NCBI GenBank assembly: GCA_040954595.2
Contig: CM082580.2
Span: 9,898,390-9,962,389 of the forward strand
DNA: 64,000 bases
Source of the DNA: Balanoglossus misakiensis
Lineage: Eukaryota > Animalia > Hemichordata
Reading direction: 5' to 3'
Shown here: piece by piece, positions 45,344-54,400 of the stretch
Layout of the letters: each line of letters opens with the position of its first letter
Numbering within the stretch: the stretch's first letter is position 1
Notes under the pieces: generated by a model
Told to the model about the DNA's origin: nothing
The model's input: only the letters and a program-made list of their open reading frames with translations
Databases searched by the model: none
Translations under genes and position numbers: made by a program

Positions 45344-45387
45344 TGGTGACGATGATGATGATGATGATGATGATGATGAATGGTGAC

Positions 45388-45422
<35 letters not shown>

Positions 45423-45431
45423 CGATGATGG

Positions 45432-45486
<55 letters not shown>

Positions 45487-45489
45487 TGG

Positions 45490-45523
<34 letters not shown>

Positions 45524-45586
45524 TGGTGACGATGATGATCATTACAATGACGATGATGATGACGATGACGATGATGATGATGATGG

Positions 45587-45662
<76 letters not shown>

Positions 45663-45674
45663 GATGATGAATGG

Positions 45675-45765
<91 letters not shown>

Positions 45766-45787
45766 TGGTGACGATGACGATGAACGG

Positions 45788-45824
<37 letters not shown>

Positions 45825-45850
45825 TGGTGATGATGATGATGAATGGGGAC

Positions 45851-45900
<50 letters not shown>

Positions 45901-47909
45901 GGAGGAGGAGGAGGAGGAGGAGGAGGAGGAGGAGGAGGAGGAGGAGGAGGAGGAGGAAGAGGAGGATGGACACTGGCTCATATTGACACCAGCTATATGT
46001 AACTTTATATTTGTGTATCTTACTACTAGTCAGTAAGATCACCCAAGATAAAATGGACTGTTCCAGGGTGCACTCAAACAATAGACAGTCAGAGCATTGC
46101 TGTCAATAGCTATGAATATATTATTACCCTGAATGGGAAACAATTTATGCAGAGCAGTTCACCTGTGAACTTGTATAAAAGGCTGTGGGCACCCATGATT
46201 CCATGGGAGATTGACATGGCAGTCAGCAGCAAGAGTGGGTGACCATTTGGGATCACTGCTGGAAGGACTGTCAGGGCCTGTTTGGCACAAACTGCACAGT
46301 GAGAGTGATTCAACCAGCAAGGGAGATATACTTGAGGGAAGTACAAAGTTTCATGTGGATTTGTGTGTGTGTGCACCACCAGAGATTGGGCAATGGGTAA
46401 TCATGTGCAAGCACAGAAACTGACTTTTTGGAGACCACACACTGAGGACAGTTGTGATTCTGAACTCACAGAAATGATTACCACAGCTAAAATAAGCCAA
46501 TAGAAAGGTCAGGCCTACCCATACTGAAACCACTTGTCTGTATATTGTCTTTGTACTGTTTACCATGTGTTATGTCTATGTGCTGCAACTTTCCATTTTT
46601 TTCTCAAACATACAGCCTGTACCAGCCACCCATAGTACTCAGTGTTGAATAAATCTTTATGCATAAACTTAAAAACTGGTATCTTCAGTCCACCAGAGGT
46701 GTTGCAATGTGTGTTACAGGTGAAACAAACGCTGTAATCAAAAGAAATTTTCAAATATTTTCTGATCTGCCCAATATTGATGCTTTCCAAGTCTGTTCAC
46801 AAATGAAGATTTGTTTTGAAAGTTGTTTTGTACATTGTATCATGGAAGTATGAGCTTTGCAAGTTGCAGTCTGTAATCGTGGTGTGTCACATATGCGTGG
46901 CCTGCCCTGGTCCATTTCAGGGGCAATATTTAAATAACAATAGTTCATTCATTCAAATCATCCATTCATGTCTGAGGTCACTGGGTGTAATCAGTTTCAC
47001 AACACAGAGTGACCTTATCAAGTTCTTATCTTGTTTAGGTAGACGCGGGCTGGACAAACGGTTCGAATGGCGTTTGGCCAGTTATAACGACACTCGAGAA
47101 TCATTTCACACGACTGCGCTATTGATTGGTCATCTGCCGATAAAATCGTCACGAATATCATTTATCAAATTACGCAATTTCCCCCATACGTGTGCGCGTT
47201 AGGTAAATATCATCTTGGCGGACTGAAATCGACAAGGGGCCCAGGTTTGGGTGACACAAATCTCTCTGGTTTCGTATTTGTTTTTCGGGTTCCTCCTTCC
47301 CCTATTAAAGCGTTATATACGATACATTACAAGGTACCCCCCCCCCGACCCGTTACCCCTGTCTGCTCGGTGACGTGACCCCCCTCCCTCCCCCATACAT
47401 AATTGCAATGAGTGATCGGACAGTCTCGCTTGTTTTCAACACAAACATTGAACCATGAAAGTCAGTCAGCGTTTTGATATTAAAAGTGTCGAGTCTGGAA
47501 ATGCTCCTGAGCGGCTCTATATCATGTTTTGAAGTGGCCTCAACTTGTCGTCTATCAATATCATGATAGCACAATGAATGGGCACTGAATCAGGAAGGAA
47601 AGAAACAACATAGAGTCGCTCGATCAGCTGCCACTGTTTTAAAAACTGCCAGAAAAAAATCCCTTTTCTGACAATGTTCTCCGCATACTAGGGACCTCTT
47701 TGAAGCGAATAACAACGTCTTGGTGGGTCAGTATACTGTTGATCACCGTGCTGCAACGAAATAAATTTCATTCCATTTCATCGATCTGTAATACGTCGAA
47801 TGAATGGATGGGTGAGTCAGTGGCACTTACCAAGATACCCTTCTGCACTGATAACCTTTGTGCGCGACACCACTACCACGAAGATCGTAACAAAAATAGA
47901 GGTCCGCAT
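17061..47909 (-). CDS. PTPRN2: IA-2/PTPRN/PTPRN2-family receptor-type tyrosine phosphatase, 5' part (8 coding exons, ~540 aa; transmembrane and PTP exons not found in window)
   Basis: Exons 47831-47909, 43627-43677, 27128-27270, 26001-26778, 24780-24953, 23675-23854, 23309-23441, 17061-17144 join with GT-AG sites and consistent phases (1,1,0,1,1,1,2,2). The translation gives a signal peptide, then GCRFSSSVCEEDELCEEDDLFGQC...YYYNIDRAGYQLLRQTLSALLTENYSWTDVYTQ (RESP18-homology pattern), an acidic pro-region, EKKS, and DYAFVTTAERLTPELGQRLVEELANIIGLPVSTFSNI (start of IA-2 mature ectodomain). Confidence 0.92.
17944..17957. promoter_or_regulatory. Perfect palindromic RFX X-box
   Basis: GTTTCCATGGAAAC. 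Confidence 0.45.
20178..20270 (-). mobile_element. ~93-bp MITE-like element, copy 1 (TTAA-CCCTTTC-type ends)
   Basis: Ends TAACCTTTTCA...GAAAGGATTAA; its reverse complement aligns by eye with 27956-28050. Confidence 0.65.
23309..23441 (-). CDS. PTPRN2: PTPRN2-like exon 7 (ends LIDTDYAFVTTAE)
   Basis: 133 nt, phase 1-2; DYAFVTT resembles IA-2 EYGYIVT. Confidence 0.87.
23675..23854 (-). CDS. PTPRN2: PTPRN2-like exon 6 (EEPIFEDD...PPEKKSVG...DVITE)
   Basis: 180 nt, phase 1-1, within ORF 23598..23969, canonical sites. Confidence 0.85.
24780..24953 (-). CDS. PTPRN2: PTPRN2-like exon 5 (DIEITSEDIDDFIDSLE...EELTGLG)
   Basis: 174 nt, phase 1-1, open, acidic, canonical sites. Confidence 0.85.
25803..25883 (+). 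promoter_or_regulatory. Cluster of four NF-kB-like sites
   Basis: GGAATTTCC 25803-25811, GGGACTTTCC 25844-25853, GGGAATTTCA 25858-25867, GGGGTTTCC 25875-25883. Confidence 0.5.
26001..26778 (-). CDS. PTPRN2: PTPRN2-like exon 4, very acidic pro-region
   Basis: 778-nt open frame containing ORF 25978..26718; TTTTCTCTAG acceptor, G|GTAAGT donor. Confidence 0.9.
27128..27270 (-). CDS. PTPRN2: PTPRN2-like exon 3, RESP18-homology domain
   Basis: DDLFGQC...YSWTDVYTQ resembles vertebrate DGVFGRC...FTWQDDYTQ; CAG/GTGAGT boundaries. Confidence 0.92.
27956..28050 (+). mobile_element. ~93-bp MITE-like element, copy 2
   Basis: TTTACCCTTTCACC...GGTGGAAGGGTTTAA terminal inverted repeats; internal TCCAAA(C/T)CCATTGT shared with copy 1. 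Confidence 0.65.
33431..33622. repeat. Foldback/MITE-like imperfect palindrome built from TCTATAGA units
   Basis: Perfect inverted 16-mer CTATAGAATTCTATAA (~33458) / TTATAGAATTCTATAG (~33552), plus degenerate outer inverted ends. Confidence 0.6.
43627..43677 (-). CDS. PTPRN2: PTPRN2-like exon 2, Cys-rich (G)CRFSSSVCEEDELCEE
   Basis: CAG acceptor, GTAAAC donor, 51 nt phase 1-1; Cys spacing as in the IA-2 N-terminus. Confidence 0.88.
44983..45898. repeat. (GAT/ATC)n microsatellite, ~915 bp, punctuated by GAATGGT units
   Basis: Directly visible; lies in PTPRN2-like intron 1. Confidence 0.98.
45899..45967. repeat. (GAG)n polypurine microsatellite abutting the GAT array
   Basis: About 20 GAG units directly visible. 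Confidence 0.97.
47831..47909 (-). CDS. PTPRN2: PTPRN2-like exon 1, signal peptide MRTSIFVTIFVVVVSRTKVISAEGYL
   Basis: GCCATG context, hydrophobic core, G|GTAAGT donor in phase 1 matching exon 2. Confidence 0.85.
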
Positions 47910-48291
47910 GGCTCAAAACCATCACATCTCAACGCCAAAAGGAAAAACCGCTCAAGATGAGGAAAGTGTGAATACTACCGCCAATTTATGACTATCATCC
48001 GTGAACTACAACTCCATGATGGCGGATAGAGTCTTCACTGTACACCTTTGAAAAAGACTCCCTAGCTACTGTTGTAATTTGATATCTCCAAGAAAAAATA
48101 ATCGGTTTCGCTTTACGCCTCACAATTCTTTGTTTTATCGAACAAAAGCAATGGTTCGAAATTTCATGAAAGTCCACTCGAAATTTTGGGGGACATTTGC
48201 CTGAAATTTAGCCCACAGATCCGTCAAAAAACGATTAATTTGTAGAGCATCTACATTTCATAACTTAAGGGGCCAACGTAGGTGGGCGCAT

Positions 48292-48299
48292 TGACGTCA
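48292..48299. promoter_or_regulatory. Full CRE palindrome in putative PTPRN2-like promoter
   Basis: TTGACGTCAA ~380 bp upstream of the ATG in a relatively CpG-rich segment. Confidence 0.45.
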
Positions 48300-50194
48300 A
48301 TTTTGTTTTCATCAAGTGCGTTGAAGTGGTTGCAATGTCAGTGTGTACATGTATCTTCCGGGGGTTGGTCGGGCTCCAAGGCAACAGAAGCTCTCCATTG
48401 TCTGTTTGGGGATGCCACAAACTGCTACGTAATTGTTCATAACCGAAGTTGAAATGAGAGTCAAACTGGAAATTGTACTGATATAGGCCATACAGGAGAC
48501 TAATCATTTTAAAAATTCACCATCACCAAAACAAGTGATTTTAATGCTCACCTAAAAAAATCTAAACCTTCAAATGTGTGTTTCTGTTCCTTGACTTAGG
48601 ATATACATTTTGCACCAAAATTGCATTTATTCATCTATCGTGTGAGTTCTGACATCCGTTTTCTATCATGGCTCTCTGTCTTGTATGTCCGATTTTCATA
48701 TTACGCGTGCATGGACCGGTTGTCCATGGATCTAATAATAAAACAGTGAATGGTTTTGCCGGAGGTTGTAGCAGATACGGATCTAAAAGCGTGTCTTCTA
48801 TGGCAGAATTGGGCCTAATTATTTCCTGTATTATTGGTTGACCTTCATTGACATCCGTGCTTGCTGGGGTTTAGTATAAATCCATACCGCTCCCTACTGA
48901 CATCCGGGCCTACACTGGAACCACCTGTTGATTTTGTTGATACCCAACCAATACACTTGGAGAAACGTTTTAAATAAACAGGGCTACACAGTTACTGTTT
49001 GTATACTAAACTCATGGGCCTACGATATTTACCATCGGTCAACAGACGGATTTGAACGAACTTCTGGAAAAAAACAGGAATGAAGAAGTTTGCTATAGGC
49101 CTAATCACATCCATGTTGTCATATTGGCTTACTGCATCGAGTTGAGTTAATTTGGACAACTTCCACAGAAAATACGATTTGGTAGAGAGAGTAGACTAAG
49201 CTATTGATATTGATAGCGCCGGGTTACGAGGTGCTTCGATCGTTCGTGGATTACGTCACCCGACAAGCGAAACGTTGTCAAACAAAATTATTGCTTTGAC
49301 TTGAAGCGTGACATGCGCTTGCTTGCCGATTACAGTGAATCCTGGTTGACTAGGTATGTAAAGTAAACGCAAGAGAGAAAGAACCTATGTAACTGAAAGA
49401 AGAAAGAAAAACGGTTTTCGTACACGGGATAATCATATTGTGGACTTGGTCAACCAGTTCATCAAGATCGCCAAGCAAAAACAATTTAAGTAGAAATCGC
49501 ACTTACGCCTAAAATCATTTATTTTAATAATTTCAGGAGACTTCCTGGAACTAAAATTAACTGACACTTGACTCGTTGTTAATAAAAGCAAGCATGCGTA
49601 AAGCCAACCACTGGAAAGGAGGTCAAATGATAATACAAGTAAACTGTAAAGTTTTATCTTTACGAGCTCATGTGTCTGAACTAACAATTTCTAAATAACC
49701 CGCCTTCTGTACTGCCAGTATCTTAAAGGGACAAAGTCGCCCACGTTTGATTTCATTTTGGTTAATCTATGTTGTTCTACTCACCGAGATTTGCTTAATC
49801 ACCAACTGTCATATTACTACGATGCAAAATATCAAGAGTGCCGGTGACATTTCGTCACAGCCTTGTGGCATATTCGCATAGAATATGCAGAAGGCAAACC
49901 AGTCAAACTTCCCACTGAATGTACAAAATCTGGATTTGTAAATCTAAACAAAACATATTAAACTATTAAAATGACCCTGGGCTGGAAGTTTGGCGTACGG
50001 AACACGTGTCAGGTAAGCGCCTCGATTTCCCCCAGCATCTGATAAACCACCACAAAACCCGTCGACATCTGTGCACCTGAGAAAGACGAAACAATAAAAC
50101 TACATTCATCGGTGGTGGTGCTTTGCTGTAGTCGGAATGACATTGGGAGCCGCATCAGCTTGAGTAGACAGCGGTGATGTTCACTGGACAATCC

Positions 50195-51432
50195 TCACAG
50201 AATGGAGCACGCTGATTTGTCGGAAATTGGTTTGTCCTCCAGAAAGAACGGCCGAACTGTGTTCTTGTAGCTGAGGGTTTCCAGTGCGTCCTCGTTGCCG
50301 CTGAACATGGCCATGGATCGACTGACAACTCGAGTTTCATACTTTAACTCCTCCTACAACATGGACGAAAATACATCATTTAATTCAATCACAAATAACC
50401 AAACATGGTCAACCTTGAAGCATATGGGGAAAAACCGCAAAGCAAAGAACCCAACTACAAACCATGGAAAAGTATGCAAGTCATGATCATGTTATAAACT
50501 TTATGTCTGGACTGTATGTACTGTGGAGGGATGCGCTACCTCATCGTAGCCGACGTCATAACTGACTGACATCATATGGTTTTAATATATAACGGCATTT
50601 CTCTGATTGGCAGGTAACACGACAAAAAGTACCGTTTTCGAATCCTGAACTAAGCCCCTATAACCCGGCCACCAGTGGAAGGCATTGTTCCGTACTTCCC
50701 CGACAAGCTGTGCCAGATTTATCTGAGTTGTCATTTGTACTGTCGGTTAAAATGCAGCGGATCACGTTAATCCCGTGGCTTAATTTAAATCCAAATTAAT
50801 GATGAGGATACTATAAAATATACAACTCCCCGCTGGAGGCGAGTGTGAACGAGATTTATCTACATCATATCATGATGCAGCCTTGTTCACCACACTGGCA
50901 ATCACGTGACGGCTGGATATGATAGCCTCACCGCATAAAACACATGAAAGGGGACCGCAATATGGACTGTTATACGCGTTTAGTCATCTCGCGTATTCAG
51001 CAAACGACGATGACGGGCCGGAGTCTGGAAACCCAGAAAAGAGGGCACACGGCTCAGGTAGGATACAGGTGTATTTTCAAGCTGCCTGTACCCTGGACAG
51101 TTCTATACTATGCATCAGGACTCGCAAATAATAGTACGCGTACTACCGGTCTTTTATCAAAAGTTCTTCTCAATCACAAGTCCACAAAAGGTGAAAGAGG
51201 CGAGGGGGTACACGCGCGTATGATGTCATTCAAGCGAGGTTGCCATGGTGCCACTTGCGGACTTTCTTACCTGTTCTCGTGAAGGGGTGAACGTCATGAA
51301 GTTCTGGACATCCAAGAGTGAGGGCGCATTCGGTTCCACGCCGATCGGTTTTATGCTGGCCCACGATTTACCGTGTCCCGGAACTTCAATATCTTTGTCA
51401 ACAGGCGAACACGACCCGATCACGAAACCCAT
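50195..51432 (-). CDS. PLAT-PhoD gene exons 12-13 (51271-51432, 50195-50353), ending in CaaX CSIL*
   Basis: Phase 0-0 junction; terminal exon open for 52 aa to TGA at 50195-50197. Confidence 0.72.
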
Positions 51433-54400
51433 CTGTTTTAGGTAAACGGAGCAAAGGTTTAAGCAAAAAACATAAATATTGGAACACACACGCTGGTCGG
51501 CTTACAAAAACGCACGAATATTTCCATTGAGTAATATAAATTATTGTAGAAGGATGAACTATTCAGCTGACCCGATATTCAAAATAGATAAATTCGAAAT
51601 GCACTGCTGATGCCTCCAGCGCAGATCTTCATATACAGGTTAAGCCGATCAGGGCTGTTCTCTTTTCAATTAAAATCCGCGGAAAGTGGATTTCGCACCA
51701 AACTTTGTCATGATGAACAGAAGCGTTAAGATGATAACGTTCAGGACTGAAACCATTTCTCTCTTTGGTCTTTTATCACTGCACACTAAGCGATGAGTAG
51801 GCCACGGACCTTGTGTTAATTTTTTGAATATTCGATCCTGAGCAACTTTAACCACCCATACGTACCAGTGACAGCGGCTCATCAACAAGTGGTGACGAAG
51901 TTGGCATGTTGATGACCACACCAGTCTCTGTGTGCAATTTCCCCCAACAGGCGACGTACACCCCACCGGACAAAATAGTCACTCTCGTCTGCTTGTTCAG
52001 CGAAAAATCGGACAACATGGCAAAGAGTTGCAAACGCTCCACATCGTAAGTAACACAGGCATCCCAACTTCTGACGTAATCGTATTCCCACTCCTGTGAG
52101 AATGAAAGGGGAGAAACCGATTCGAAAGAATATGGTGCCGACTCTTTGGTTGGCAGTCATCTTTTGTGCGAAAAGTTCCTCGACATCTACTTTAGGCCTG
52201 CACGCAAGGTTATCACAAAAAGCCGTGTAAACAAGCCCAGCTGCTAAATTGCTGTACGCTTCATATCTTATTTAGTTGAAGTATTCTTGTCCAAGTGCTG
52301 AAGGAATACAGACTGTACCGATGGCTTTGAGTTATTGGCTTTGGGGATAAATATGGTACAGACACTACACATAAACTCAAACTACATCTTTACACGAAGA
52401 CCAGGCTGCCACGAGCTCAATCTTAACTATTCTGTGTTCATTAACTGCAATAATTGCAGCTTTGACGCAAAAGTTGGGTGCTTTGACGTCCCCCGAAAAC
52501 ACTCTACTGGGCGTCACGGTCAGGGCTACAATTATTGCAGTTATACGCCACAGTCAATTTAGGGCACAGTGGTTCAAATAATTATGTACCTTCTTCCAAG
52601 GGAGATGACTGTCCATATTCGGAAATAAAGCCGTGCCGGGAAATATGAACGGGATTTCCGCAACCACGAACAAGTGTTTCAAAGTATCCAACTGTTTTAA
52701 GATGGCCTCGATTTCCTTCAGGGTTGTCGGCGTCAGTATGTGACTGGACGTCCGCTCCGACCTGCCGTCCAAGACCTGAATGTCGATGTGCGGGAAGAAG
52801 AGACAGGATGTGGAACAACTTAGAGATTGATCGAAGATGTCAAACTCATTTCGAACCTAAAATCCTTGCACGCATTGGGATTTTTATAAAAAAAATTAAC
52901 CACTCTATCACTGGGGGTGAGTGAAGTGACCGTGGTGGAAATCATTGATGAAATTGCTTCGATCTTCGATCACTCCACCACTGTGATTATAGTGCGATTT
53001 GCCAATGGTTTGATGGAATAACTTTGTGGTGGTGGAGTATAGACGGTTGTAGAAACTGGTGGTGGTGGTAGTCACCGATAGACGTGTAGATGTCGGTATG
53101 GAGTCGGGGAGGGGGGGGGTTACTATACTCACGAGAAAAGCAACATCACCGATCCTGACTAAATACGTCAGAGTGATGTAAATCGTTTCGTCGCCTTTCT
53201 TGGTTTCCGGGTGAAGCCACACCGCACAACAATCCGGACGAATTCTGGATGAAGGCGGGGATAAAAAATAATCAGACGAAATGAATCAGCCGCAGAATAT
53301 GGACAGAACTTATCGAAATCTTAAATTTAGGCATGGGTGATAAGTTAATGCAGATGTACCTGGCCCAGTCCTTCTCCTTGCGCAGACCGCGAAGTTGAAA
53401 GAGGCTGAAGTATTTTCTTGCTATTTCGTACATACCGTCGATGACCGGACAAGAGACCATGGAACCATAGCCGTTGAAGATATCGTGGTCATTCCCTGTA
53501 CGACGCGATTAGTGACATTTGAAATATGAAAAGATTATGTCAGGAATTACGGCGAAATACAAGCAAATGATTATTAAAAAGCAAGTTTAGATTGTACCCA
53601 ATCGCGTATGTGTGTCATTCTGAGAAATGATTTCCACATCCTATTGTAAGTATTGACTCAGATATTAGGCGGTATATTAGTCCATTTTCAATAATCAGCC
53701 CTGTGTATATAAATGACAGTCACCGCCAACCACCACCATCACCACCACCGTCATCATCATCGCCACCGTCAACCTCGCCACTTACACATCATCAGCGACG
53801 GGACCCGGGCGTACAACCACGCAGACTCGGGCTCTCGCCAACGTTCACAGTAGAGTCGGAAATAGAATTCGTCCGTCTCCTTCTTCATGTCGTCCGTGAA
53901 ATCTCTCTTTTCTCTCTCCCTTTTCGGCAAATCTGCCCAGTATTTCAGGCTCGGTTGCTGCCAACAGATGAGAATATGCGTGTCAAGAATAGCAAGTGAC
54001 ACAGCACCTCTTCACAAAATTACAAGTAGCAGTGATCTTAATCCGCTTACTTGTTCGGTTGGACCCATACGGGGATTGGAATTGAAAAAAAATGTACAGC
54101 TACCTATCTAAATTCTACGGGGATTGGAATTGAAATGGTGCAATTCACGCTTAGCTGCTGTAAACTCGGTATGGATCGAACGAGTTCAAAGGCTTTAAAA
54201 ATACTGCAATGGTCGCATAAAGGAATTTTCCAAAACGCATATAATTAGAAAAGGAACTTTTTTCTTTCCACAAAATTCGCACCAAATGTACAGCTACAAA
54301 CTAAATTCTACTATAAACATTGAAATATGAGAGCGCTGTTTACTAGTCTAAAAACCCAACGCTCTTGCCAGAAGATGACTGTTGTTGGCCGATGTTGCTC

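Noticed and set aside
44856-46081. Long poly-His/Ser/Ile/Asp/Met ORFs
   Set aside because: Translations of the GAT/GAG microsatellite in an intron; no coding signal
49722-49990. TTAAAGGG-start element resembling a Kolobok-type MITE (similar ends at ~6500 and ~28721)
   Set aside because: No matching second terminus could be identified
50960-51092. Possible extra exon of the PLAT-PhoD gene
   Set aside because: Both plausible acceptors reach in-frame stops within 15 codons, while the 50353 exon gives a better domain end and a CaaX
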